Positions 25,466 through 37,080 of a DNA stretch of 64,000 bases are shown in pieces. Under the pieces are notes generated by a model. It did not search any database, had not been told where the DNA came from, and was given only the letters and a program-made list of their open reading frames with translations. Each line of letters begins with the position of its first letter. The first letter of the stretch is position 1. The DNA comes from Sphyrna mokarran (lineage: Eukaryota): the NCBI GenBank assembly GCA_024679065.1, contig JAGIQG010000003.1, positions 106,144,001-106,208,000 of the forward strand, given 5' to 3'. Both the position numbers and the translations under genes were made by a program.

Positions 25466-27344
25466 CCCTGGAATCAAGAACCCTGGGGAGACTGCCAGCT
25501 AATCAGAGGCCAGCAACTCCATTCAAAAGCAGTGCCATAAGCAAGGGGTGTCTGCTACTGGTACGATCCCCACCTGAATTCTAGGGTTGTCCTAGGCCAG
25601 AATTGAGTAATGTTGGGAGTGATATGTGGGTTACAGATGTAGGGGTTCAGCAGCAAGGGCAGCCATGATGCTGTCAGTAGGTACGCACCATCTCTCCATT
25701 TCCTGATGCTAGGTCCCTCCATCATTGAATGAAGGTCCCCCTAGGAAACCACAAGCAACCCTGATGGGAAATGCTTGTCATGTTCCCCACTTAGTAGTGG
25801 TGGGATGAGGTCCTGAAATGGCACTAATTGTCCATTAAAAGCCTCAGTGAGTAGAAGGGTAGAAAGGCCATCCTCAGGCCTTCACACCATAGATTTAGTG
25901 AAGTTGGAGGTAGAAAGGTGGCAAGATCTACATCTCTCAGCCTTCCACCTGATTAAATGTTCTCCACCACCAACCCCCAAGAAGGAGGACACAAGATTCT
26001 GCCCTATAATTGTAAGCATATAAGAATTATCTTTGGCTGGGCAATTATCCAGAAGAGTTTGCGATATTGAAGTTTGCCTCTAGAGAAGATTTCTTTCTGA
26101 ACTATATTAATTAGCTCAGCAATCAAATTAGTCAGATGGATTAGAAGAATGTTTGGTCTCATTTCTCCTTTTAAAATGAGAGGGATGACAGTTTCTGTCT
26201 TCCCATTAAATCACTAACCTTGCGCTCAGCAAGGATTATTGACCACGGATTTACACTTGCGGACACATGGTGTGGGAAGCTTTATGATGGGGGGAGCATA
26301 GAGAGTGGAAGAAGGATCCAAAGAAGGTCAAAGGGCAGGGCCAAGGCCTCACTGGATTGAAGTGCGAAGGGCTTGGAATCCTGGATGTGGGGAGGCTGGG
26401 GTAGTCAGTCAAGGGAAAGAAATGAGGAACCTAAAAAGTAGGGTCAGTATTGTCCACGCATGGGTTCAACTCAGGGTGTTGGCTGGCAGAATCCTTATCA
26501 GGCTGTAAGTTCACCTCAACATTTTGGTTATCCCCATTGAGGGTGATCTTAGACAGTCTCATTTACAATGCATGAACGGGCCTGCCAGTTCAGCCATGTC
26601 CCAAAGAGTGGTGACAGGAACAGTAAAATTCAGTATAGAGTGAACAAAAAAAAACACAACACTGTCTCTTCCAGAATAAAGGAAATGTCCCTAACTGCCC
26701 TGTAATCATCAATATGTGCCAACCATAGGCATGCTGCTATACTTAATTCTCAGACAAAGCTTGTCGCAACAAATAACAATACTGTATAAATGAATAATGT
26801 GAAATGTTTGTAAGTAAAACTTAAATTTGGAAAAACACCTGTAGTAGCCTTGTACTCTTAGTAAGTTTTAGTTCATGCCATGGGAATTGGGGAGGTAAAT
26901 TATGGCTTTGATTGTCCAGGAGGCTTTCTTGTAGCTACTCATAGCTCCTGCTTTGTCAAAGGACAACCTCACCATCATAAAGCTTCCCACATCACGTGAC
27001 CACCCATGTCTCTTGTGTGCGTTGCTGGCAGGATTTTAAATCCTAATCAAAAGCCCACAAGATGTTAAAAGTGTTGCCTGGTTCTGATTCTTCTGTCAGG
27101 AGTGGCGCTCGGCAGTTAAAATCTAACCCTGCATCTCCCATCTAAGCTTCTTCCAAAAATTCAAATGGAATCCAGTTCATGATCCTCAAATGAGGGACAA
27201 ACGAGATCCATGCTGACAGGATGAGGCATCGCACTCATTCGGGTTTGATCTTCTTGCGAGCTACCCCTGGCATACCCTCCATTCTATCTTTTACCCTCGT
27301 TCTATGCTTTTCAAACTCTTTCAACTCTTTCAAACTCTCTGCAG

Positions 27345-27640
27345 GAGTCTAAAAATAAAAGGCATAAATTTAAGGTGAGGGGGAGAGATACAAAAGTGTC
27401 CAGAGGGGCAATTTTTTCACACAGAGGGTGGTGAGTGTCTGGAACAAACTGCCACAGGTAGTAGTGGAGGCTGGTACAATTTAATCTTTTAAAAAGCATT
27501 TAGATAGTTACATGGGTATGATGGGTATAGAGAGATATGGGCCAAATTTTAATCCCATATGAGCAATTGGGATTAAAAAGGGTAGCATGGAAAAGTTGGG
27601 CCAAAGGGCCTGTTTCCATGCTGTAAACCTCTATGACCCT
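27345..27640 (+). mobile_element. 5'-truncated CR1 3' end inserted in a Rex1-type tail
   Basis: ggggcaattttttcacacagagggtggtgagtgtctggaac...gggcctgtttccatgctgtaaacctctatga. The interrupted host resumes at 27640-27848 (aatacaattgacaataattaatcaaat). Confidence 0.8.
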
Positions 27641-28391
27641 AACAGCACTCTATTTCAATTTCTTAACTTATCATACTTTGATCTTTCTCTGCACTCTAGC
27701 CGTGAATGTAACACTATATTCTGCACCTTCTCCTTTCCATATCCTCTATGTATTCTATGAACGATATGCTTTGTCCGCTGTACAGCGTGCAAAGAACAAT
27801 ACTTCTTCCCTTATCCCAATACAATTGACAATAATTAATCAAATGAAAAATCTTAGCCAAAAGACCAAGATGGCTTTGAAAAAGTTGCATCAGGTAAAGT
27901 CTCGGTTCAACCTTATTGGCTCCCCTGATCCTTTACTTTATTCTAACCTGGACAAACCATCATTGCAGGTGTTGGCACACCCCAGTACAATGTACTGTGT
28001 AGTCTTGTCAGCTGCTTGACTGTGGTTTCACCCATACTAGGTAGGAGGATGAGTTAAATGGACGGAATTGTTTGCAGCATGGATACTGAGTGTTGTATAA
28101 TTAGATGAGATTTTAGTGTTATACTGTTTTACAGGCCGAATTGGTGCAGGTAGAAATGAAGGGAGTGGGGGAAAGATGGGAGGAGAGACGGTTCCTTAGC
28201 TATTAGCACGTCACCTCTTTGAGCAGAAGGACACAATGTTCTTGGGAAGCCATTCAGCTCATGTCATGGAGGATGGAAGATTGACCATCTCTTACTGATG
28301 GCAGTTAAATGAATGAAGCCATACAGTTATTCTCAGGTCCATGTGAGATGGCATGTAGGTACAAATTATACCCACTCTCTGTCTTTTTAAT

Positions 28392-28900
28392 GGAGGGTTT
28401 GGTGGCATCATGTTTATAATGCTAAACTTGACATCCAGTCACCAGGACTAAAAGAACATGAGTGGAAAATACACCAGGACAGTTTGGGAGTTTGAATTAA
28501 GCTTTTAAAAACCTGCAAAACTGAAAAAAAAAACAGGCGCCAGTGAGAGAAACTAGAAAGTTGTTGGATTGTCACAGAAATCGAACTGGTTCAGTTTAAG
28601 GCAGGAAGCTGCCATCCTTATCTGGTCGAGCCAGGCTATGACTTCAGGCTTGTTAACTCTCAACTTCACTCAGAACTGCTGAGCAAATGTCAAACAGTGG
28701 AGATGGAATGAGCGCATAAAACAGGATGGACCACTCTGCTGCAATCTCAGTGGTAAATCAGGAAACACTGAAGGCATACCCAACAGAGTTTGTCCATAGT
28801 CCTAACTAATAATTGGGGGTTGATGTCATTGCTTTGAGAGCTGTTACACATCCTAGTCAATTAACAGGCAGACATGTCCATATTTATGGGATCATGGCTT
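28392..28900 (+). mobile_element. Degenerate SINE-like head/body continuing into a LINE APE endonuclease start
   Basis: 28392-28670 aligns with the 6598/41392 SINE. 28802-28900 translates LTNNWGLMSLL*ELLHILVN*QADMSIFMGSWL. Confidence 0.55.
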
Positions 28901-29868
28901 GATGGGCCGAATGGCCTCTCTCGGCACTGTAGGGATTCTATAATTTGCAAGAAGACTAACGTATTGTCACTTTGTAGGATAAGTGGTGGGTTGAGGGAAA
29001 GTTGTTTTCTATGAGAAGGGGGAGGGCGGGGTAAGGTTGTACTGTCAAAGGCAGGCTTTGTCCCACAAACAATATTTCAATGATACTTCTTGTAGTAAAT
29101 GTTACCTATGTCTCAATTGCTCCATTCTGTGATATTCCTCCAAGGGGATATCATACTGCTCATACTATGGTGAGGTGCATTTAGAGTAAGTGCTGTAGGC
29201 AGACTGACAAAACAAAAGTCTTCAGAGTTCTCTTTCTCCTAGAGAAATGCCTGTTCGAGTATGACCAGTCTCTTCTGCCTCACTTCTTCTGGGCGGCACA
29301 GTGTTAGCACTGCTGTTTCACAGCACTGGGGACACCGGTTTGATTCCTGGTTTAGATCACTATCTGTGCAAAGTCTGCACGTTCTCCCCTTGCCAATGTA
29401 GGTTTCCTCCAGGTACTCCGGTTTTCTATTGCGGCCCGTCATAGAACTTGGTGCAACTTACGTTGGATTACTGGGAATGCAGAAAGCTCAAAGCACTTTG
29501 AAATGTGTAATTGAGACCAATGCTGACATTGGCTGTAGGCTTCAAAAATACAAGGATATTTTCCGTAGAATGTTGGGATCCAGAAGTCAGCCCCATATGG
29601 GGGTCCCACCCATTTGGCAGCATGCAGCATGCCCACCAATGCAATATTATGGGGAGCAGTCTCCAAATTGATTGTCCCTATACTCTCTGTATAGAACTGC
29701 TCAACTAAAGTGATCTGACACGGCTGGGGTCATTGGGTTGTGGAGAAAACCACTCCACAAGGTTGTTAACTGTGGCCCTGTCATTAGGGCATAGAGTCTC
29801 TGACTTCAGTGGCCCTCTAGCTTACTGCCAGGTGGTCAGCTTGATTGAGCTGGTGGCCTTAAAAACAG

Positions 29869-29987
29869 AAGTTTTTAGGTGGCCTAAAAAACATTTGCCT
29901 GACGAAGGCTGTAAAGTCGAAAGCTCGCGGATTTACTATCAAATAAATTGGTTGGATTTAAAATTGGTGTTGTAAAACTTTACTGTA
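29869..29987 (+). mobile_element. Penelope-like short insertion with hammerhead motif
   Basis: Perfect 11-bp TSD cttaaaaacag (29858-29868 and 29988-29998). Downstream part ttactatcaaataaattggttggatttaaaattggtgttgt is shared with locus 43033. Confidence 0.8.
29895..29930 (+). ncRNA. Minimal type I hammerhead ribozyme motif (intact core)
   Basis: TTGC CTGACGA A GGCT gtaa AGTC GAA AGCT C GCGG: stem II closed by a GUAA (GNRA) loop, H17=C. Confidence 0.75.
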
Positions 29988-30133
29988 CTTAAAAACAGTG
30001 GCAAACAGTTCTGTAATCAGTAAGAGTGCCGGCATAAAATGGCCTTTATGTGGAGTCCTAATTAACAAACTAGCTGCTTGCTGGTGTGGATTGGGCAATT
30101 GTTGTGCTTTCTGGTCTGCCTGGGAAAGTTCTC

Positions 30134-30135
<2 letters not shown>

Positions 30136-30183
<48 letters not shown>
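30136..30183 (+). repeat. Poly(G) homopolymer, 48 nt
   Basis: Counted directly. Confidence 0.95.
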
Positions 30184-30184
<1 letters not shown>

Positions 30185-30519
30185 GTAGAAGCCGATGCAA
30201 TTCCCCATTATTTTCTATCTTCCTAGCCCCATTCCTCAGCTACCTCTGACAGGCAATGGGAAAATGCATGCCCTGGAGTCTTTTAATGGCTGATATACAG
30301 CAGAAACTACTGCCACTGAAATTCTGTGCAAAATAACTTGCTGTTCCTGTGTGATGCTTAACATCAGAAAAAATAGGAAATTTATCACTAAACCTTCATA
30401 GTAGTGAACTAGAGCCTTAAATATCTGTTAGAGTATAATTCTATCATTGAATATTTCATCCATGTTTAGAGACATGTCAATGAGAATAAAGTCAGATGGT
30501 GAAAGTAGATTTAGTATTC

Positions 30520-30812
30520 GGGCAGGCAGCACAGTGATTAGCACTGCTGCCTCACAGTGCCAGGGACCCAAGTTCAATTCATGGCTTGAGTCACTGTCTT
30601 GTGGAGTCTGCACATTCTCCCCATGTCTGCATGGATTTTCTCTGGGTTCTCCAGTTTCTTCTCACAATCTGAAAGACATGCTGGTTAGGAGTATTGGTCA
30701 TGCTAAATTCTCACCTAGTGTACCCAAACAAGTGTCTGACTGTGGCAACCAGGGGATTCTCAGTAATTTCATTGCAGTGTTAATATAAACCTATTTGTAA
30801 CAGTAATAAATG
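30520..30812 (+). mobile_element. V-SINE, tail B
   Basis: Head, V-domain and tail ...ttcattgcagtgttaatataaacctatttgtaacagtaataaa. Confidence 0.9.
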
Positions 30813-31257
30813 GACATAAACAATAAACATTGTGTGGCATAATTGGTTCTTGTACTATGAGGACAATGCTTTATAATTCACTGCCTACAGTTATTTTCAA
30901 AATGCGGATTCACAAGCACTGAAGTCATTAGTCTTCCATTTATTCATCATCAGATTTCTATACTCTTCTGTATTTATTATTTAATTATTCATTATGTCAA
31001 TAAATGAGCTTCTGTTTGAAAAAGGAGCAATAGGAGAGATCGCACAGTTTCTGCAGAGTTCATTATCTTCCTTGTCACCATGAGAGGTCTCCTCCAGGAA
31101 TGCATTTCCTTTTCTTACTCCTTCTAAAGGAAGTTAAAAACTTCCCTGTCAGCTTGAAGCTACAGTAAGATCGATCCATTTTGCGTTAACTTCCACAATA
31201 GAAGTGGATTAAGAAAGAACTAGAAAATATAGTGGATGGAGAAATTCTAAAAGCCGC

Positions 31258-31765
31258 TTTGATTTGATTTGATTTATTATTGTCACATGTATTGGGATAC
31301 AGTGGAAAGCATTGGAGGAGGAGGGAGGAGGAGGACAGACAGAGCATGCCATTCATAGAATACGTATGGGAAAAGAAAGAAGAAGGTGCAGAATATAGCG
31401 TTGTAGCCATAGCTAGGATTTAGAGAAAGATCAACTTAATATAACCTTATAAAGGAGCAGCACTCTGAAAGCTTGTTGGATCTGAAAACTTGTTGGATTT
31501 TAACCTAGTGTTGTGAAACTTCTCACTGAACTTAATATAAGGTAGGTCCATTCAATAGCCTCATGGCAGCAGGGAAGAAGCTGTTCTTGAGTCGGTTGGT
31601 ACATCATCTCAGATATCTGTATCTTTTTCCCGATAGAAGAAGGTGGAAGAGAGAATATCCGGGGTGCATGGTGTCCTTTGAATATACTGGCTGCTTTTCC
31701 GAAGCAGCGGAAATGTAAATAGAGTCAATGGATGGGTTTGTGTAGTAGACTGAGCTTCATTCACT
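31258..31765 (-). mobile_element. Rex1/Babar-type LINE 3' end
   Basis: Minus translation HPGYSLFHLLLSGKRYRYLR*CTNRLKNSFFPAA is the Rex1 C-terminal motif. Tail aatacatgtgacaataataaatcaaatcaaatcaaa. Confidence 0.8.
31445..31528 (+). mobile_element. Degenerate Penelope-like hammerhead insertion nested in the Rex1 element
   Basis: Perfect 12-bp TSD aacttaatataa (31433-31444 and 31529-31540). ccttataaaggagcagcactctgaaagcttg is a mutated copy of the 12625 core. Confidence 0.8.
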
Positions 31766-32084
31766 TGGGATAGATATAAATGAGCACTGTCTGCAGGGAA
31801 GATATGCTAAATAAAAGAGCTGTGATAAACATAATCAGGCTTCCTGTCTGCACTATTTAACAGCTGGAAAATACTGACCACAAATCAGATTAATATGTAA
31901 TCATCAATAGAGACACATGCTTCTTACTCATCCTAAAAATATACTGAGAAATGTGATATTGCTCACTAGCTGGAATTATTTTACTTTTGATCGCATATTT
32001 AAATATATTTGGACTTTTGCAAACAGTTGATCTAAAGCTCTGTTCATTCAAGGAAGTTATTTTTCTTTCTTTTCCTTTTACTAT

Positions 32085-32099
32085 CCAGCAGAGGGCAGC
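32085..32099 (+). promoter_or_regulatory. Candidate CTCF site
   Basis: CCAGCAGAGGGCAGC matches CCASYAGRKGGCRS without mismatch, in apparently non-repetitive intron sequence. Confidence 0.45.
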
Positions 32100-32684
32100 C
32101 TTGGCTCACTCAGGAATTGAACAGAAACTGCTACAAACCCATTTCCTGATTCAAATTCATTCAATCATTTTTTTTAATTTTTCAATCAAATAGGCATTTG
32201 CTACCTCATATCAAAGTCGTTTTGGTGCTGCCTCAGTGCATCGTGTGTGATGAATGACGTGGGAAACGTCAGTATGATTAGTTTTGTTAAACAGGTCACC
32301 AATTTTCTGTCAATCTCTCATCCAGCTATCACTGATGCGTGTTATTAATTCTGGTGAGCTTTATTTATCGAGTTGATCCAGAACTTTCAGCTTCCGTTCC
32401 AGGGCTGGGATATGCTTATAATTCTCAGTCCCAACCATGATGAACTTTGTTAGGTCTGTCTTTGTTATAGATGTGTTAAAGGACACAACTGATCTTAGAT
32501 GAGATAACTAAATGTCACAGAATTAGTTGTAAAATACTGGACTGAATTCGAAGCTTGGTTTATTTAAGTATGCAGTACTATAAGTTTCAACAAAGCTTCA
32601 AACTTTTGGTTTTGAGCTTGGTTTTCAAATATCCACCATTTCCAGAAAAGTATGAGAAAAATAGAACTAATGACCACGCAGATG

Positions 32685-32975
32685 TTAAAGTTTGTTTATT
32701 AGTGTCACAAGTAGGCTTATATTAACACTACAATGAAGTTGTTGTGAAAATCCCCTAGTCACCACACTCCAGTGTCGGTACACTGAAGGAGAATTTAGCA
32801 CAGGCAGTGCACCTAATCGGCACATCCTTTAGACTAGGAGGAAACAAAAGCATCTGGAAGAAACTCATACAGACACAGGGAGAAGGCACAAACTCTACAC
32901 AGACAGTGACAGAAGCCAGAAATGGAGTTGTGGCGCTGTGCGGCAGCAGTGCTGACCACTGTGCCACCATGCTGC
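32685..32975 (-). mobile_element. V-SINE, tail B
   Basis: tttattagtgtcacaagtaggctta...gcagcagtgctgaccactgtgccaccatgctgc. Confidence 0.9.
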
Positions 32976-33157
32976 GCAAAAGGAAAAGGTCAGATGCTTT
33001 AGCTGACCCCTGAATCTATGTTATTTAGATTCTCACTAAACTTGGTAATAGCCTGGCATCTGTTTAGGATCCATTTGAATCAGGGATTTGACCCTTCTAG
33101 TTTCAAATGCTTTGAGCAAATCAATACACTCTGTAGTAAGAGCTGCTAAATGTCTCT

Positions 33158-33595
33158 AATGTTCAGTTGGTAGCACACTTACTACTGAGTTTAGAACGTT
33201 GTGGGTTCAAACCCGGTCCAGAAACGTGAGCAGAAAAGTCTAGGCTGACAGTCCAGTGTAGTACTGAGGGAGTCCTACACTATGGGAAATGTTGCCTTTT
33301 GCAGGAGACGTCAAACCCAAAGTTCCAGATGCTGCTGCTCTCTGGTGAATATAGGCCTATGGCCTATTGTCAAGCAGAATTACTGGCGGAGGGGGCAGTT
33401 ACTCCTGGTGTCCCAGATTCCTCAATCAGCATTTCAAAAATGAGATTACCTGGTTGTTATCACCTTGCTGTGTGTGGGCAAATTGACATCTTTCTTACAT
33501 AACTACGCTGACTTTGTATGTATTGAAATTACTGGTAAGTGTTCGCGATGTCCTGAAGTAAAAAAAATTGTTATATAAATGTAAGTCTTTCTTTG
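33158..33595 (+). mobile_element. SacSINE1-like DeuSINE
   Basis: tRNA head (gttcagttggtagcac...gtgggttcaaaccc), Deu-like core (cagtgtagtactgagggagt...gagacgtcaaacc) and L2-type tail (tatataaatgtaagtctttcttt). Confidence 0.75.
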
Positions 33596-34177
33596 ATTAC
33601 TCTTAACTCCAGAGTTGTGGCACCTCAGCCCCAAACATCACACAGTGAGCTCTACCCCATTGTGCCAGTGCTCCCAGCATCTGAATGCACCAGAATGTTG
33701 TGGGCCAGCTCTTTGCCCATCCATTGTTTCACTTAGTAAAAGTCAAATTTGGGACAGCCTGCAACTTAGGAGGTAAGTTTTCCCATTTACTTCCCTGAAT
33801 CTGAAATCAGTAGGAGTCAGAGTGCCTAATCTTAGGAATAAATGTTAAAATGGTGAGTTGCATTCACTGGTGAAGGACATAACCCGTGCCATCAAGTGCG
33901 GGTGGTGGAGCCAGAGGATAAGCAAGAATTTACTGGCTCCAGGAACAGCTTGGATATTCTTCAGCTGACAAGTTCAGTGATCCCTCCTTTATGAGCCCAA
34001 TGTTTAAAGGGATGATGTTGTCTGAAGTACTGACATTTTCTACAGCCAATACAGAATGCTCTGGGAATCCTGGAAGGTCTGCTGGCTAGTATGCAGTACA
34101 ATCACTTGTTACTGTTGAGACTTGGACTCCAATTGGCTCTGTCCAGCATGCAAAGGGATTGAAAAAAAGAGACCAAT

Positions 34178-34297
34178 TGGGCAGAATTTTCCAATCCCAC
34201 TTGCCCGGGGGAATTGAGACACAGATCATGCAGGGGTCCGTTGATCCTGGGCAGGATTCCCCAACCCTGGGGCAAGCATGGCTGAAAAATCCCACAC
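34178..34297. mobile_element. ~120-bp MITE, probably Harbinger-type; related copies at ~41152-41268 and ~43557-43688
   Basis: Imperfect TIRs gggcagaattttcc.../...gaaaaatcccacac. Internal ggtccgttgatcctgggcaggatt is shared with the other two copies. Confidence 0.55.
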
Positions 34298-35004
34298 TAT
34301 ATATATGCAGCTCGTTCTCTACGTTCCTACTGCACAACTTGTGGGACATGCTAAAAGAATGACCAGCTGGAAGAACATGGCTGGAGAAGACACTGCTGTC
34401 TCTCAGGGTGATGTACTGTCAAATTCTCTAACTTCCCTTACGACATTAAATGTGACAAAGTGAACAGCCGCTGCAATATTGTGGCTTACTTTGTGGTCTA
34501 TTTCAAGGAAGCGGTGACCCACCTCCCTCCCAAGGTGCCTACACTGAGGCCCAGCAGTGAACACCTTGACACTGCAACTAGGGAAACACCTGGAAGAAAC
34601 AGGTTCACGAATGCAGACATCGCATTCTGTCATCAAGAGATGCATCAGAGTAGCAAGCACTAAATTCACGAGTTGCAGAATTCGTTGAAATTCTTCCATT
34701 CGCTGTGCACAGAGTATGGGAGGATGATGTAGTGCAGGATTTTGACAAGAAATGGGAACCCCATTTGTTGAATTAGTACAAATATCATTTTCAGGTGAGT
34801 TGTTCTACTCTCTACATAATGCAGAGAAAGAAAGCACAGGAACATTAATATACAGGGCAGATGGTACTTGGATGAACTTTGTGCTTGGCTCTGGCTTCCT
34901 TCAGAGTCCATCAGTAAGAATCATTTCTGGCTGTTTGCCTTTAACTTGCTCAGGTCCTGGCTCTGTTTGCCTCCTTCAGCAGCTCCATGCTTACAAATAT
35001 GAAT

Positions 35005-35140
35005 GACAAGTTTGTGCAGCAGGCACAATACAATAATTATCTTTGGAAACTTGGCAGAATTGTATTGTAGCACAACTCTCACATCTGTCCAGCAATCTAA
35101 AACACTGCTTCAAGAGCCTTGGCATGTTTTCAGCGATGAT
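35005..35140 (-). mobile_element. PIF/Harbinger transposase C-terminal remnant
   Basis: Minus translation IAENMPRLLKQCFRLLDR / VLQYNSAKFPKII resembles IEQTIGLLKxRFRCLDRSGGxLQYSPxKVxxII. Confidence 0.5.
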
Positions 35141-35141
35141 C

Positions 35142-37071
35142 TTAGTGCGTATTAATTGTCACGTACCTCCAGGAAGACTCATCAAATTCAAGTTGGAGAT
35201 GTGCATGGCTTATGTCCAACTTTGAAAATATTTGGCCCCCAGTTAACCTGGCATACAGGTCTTCAATCCAGGGCATGGGGCATCTGTCAAGTTTAGCAAC
35301 CCTGTTGACACTAAGCTTATGGTCTCCACAAAGTCTTATCGCTTTATCCAGCTTAAGGACAGGAACAACACATGTGGTCCACTCCGCAAACTGTACAGGT
35401 CCTATTTTGCCAGCTTTTCCAGGCATTCCAATTCTGACTCTATTTTTTCCAAAAGGAGCATATAATAGTCTTGCTTTAAAATATTTAGGCCTAGCATTGG
35501 GGTTGACATAGATCTTAGTTTTGGCTCCCCTTATTTTTCCAAATCTTCCTTGGAAGACTTTGGGGCACTTATTGATGACTTCATGCATCTCCCCCATATC
35601 TAGCCTGCAGATCTTCAGCCAGTTCACTCTGATGTGTTGAAGACAATCTCTGCCCATAAGGCAAGTCTCTTGTTCCCATAAAATGAGGAGTGGAGGTTGA
35701 GCTGACCACTGCCTGTCAGTTATTAGGGGTACCATTGATTTTTTACCTGCAATGGTTCTCCTTTGTAGGCGGCCAGATCTGGCCTTTGTGTTTCTGAGTT
35801 CAGGAACTGCATTTCAGTCTGGAAGTGTTCATATTGTCTTCTCCCTGGTGAGAGATCACTGCCCCCATATCCACTTACATTTTTAATAGGTGGCCATTTA
35901 CTAACAACTTCACCATTATGGGGACAACCTTTGTCATGGAGATGTGATTTAATTGCAGTGCAGGGCCTATCTGCAAACTACAGTCTGGCATTGTTCTTGA
36001 TCTTTTATCAGAATAGCACATGTTTTGACTGTCCCTATATCTTTGTCTGGGTTGTGTTCTGCAGAAGTTCCAGTAGTCCACCATCTGGCATCTACAATCT
36101 TCAGGAATATGCTCCATCGGAGCATGGAAAGCTGTCCCTCCCCTTCCTTAACTGTCTGATGGTACAACTTGGGCTCCACCACAGTAAGAGATGGTGTGAT
36201 AATTTACTGATACCAATAACTCTTAATTGAGGGATAGATGTGGTATGAGCCCCCTCTCCCAATCAATAAACACTATCTGATGTCTCCTGTAGTTCCTGAG
36301 TTCTTTTCTCTGCATTCTCCAGTGATAGAGCTATCCCAATAGCCTTCTTTAGATCCAAGTTGGGCTCTGTCACATTGGTAATTCCGCAGACCAGTCTATC
36401 TCACAACATGTTGTTCAGAAGTGGCCTGAAGTCACAGTGCCAATTTTCGTAACTTGATCAGAAATTTGGTGACAGATGCCCCAGTGGGTTCACTGTACCG
36501 TGTTTAAGTCTTATCGCTGGAATACTAATCCATCAATTCATTTAAGATTTTGAAGTCAGGGTGTCTGGGTAGCTCAGGCATTTTATTACACTGAAGGTCA
36601 AGACTCTGCATGCCGTCAACTGGATCATTTTCTGCACCTCGTCACCCTCAATATTCTTGGCAAAAAAAATACATGCCCTCTGCCAGTCTTCAATATTTGC
36701 ATCATAGGCTTTAAGTTTATCAAAGAGAGTCAGTTTTCTTACCGGAGATTACTTGTTTCGACAATAAAGATGGTCTGGAGGGAAGATAAGAAGTCGCTTT
36801 ATTGCTTGTCACCGATATAATAATCTTAGCGAGGCCAGTCTTCCATCACCATCAGCCTTTATGCACACCGTGTTCAAAATGCTGTTCAGCAGTTACAGTG
36901 TACAAGGCAGCCCCATAATCTTTTGACTGCTAACCTCAGTGGAACCAGCTAGTTTTCAAACCCCTGCTGCTCCTTTCTTATTGGGCGAACCGCCACTCAA
37001 CTATTTGGGGAGTTTGATTTCTACGAGATCCATGGGAGATCTATTGACGATCCCCCATGGCCATCATAACA
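35142..37071 (-). mobile_element. Truncated, decayed Ty3/Gypsy LTR retrotransposon (5' LTR, gag, protease, N-terminal RT)
   Basis: ORF 35142..35735 has RLCGDHKLSVNR...PMPWIEDLYARLTGGQIFSKLDISHAHLQL...TINTH. Protease VNGHLLKM*VDMGA near 35860-35900. Degenerate PBS near 36805-36815. Putative LTR ~36816-37071 starts TGTTATG. Confidence 0.88.
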
Positions 37072-37080
37072 TCGATCTGT

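Noticed and set aside
29958-30249. Poly-Pro and poly-Gly ORFs
   Set aside because: Artefact of translating the G48 run.
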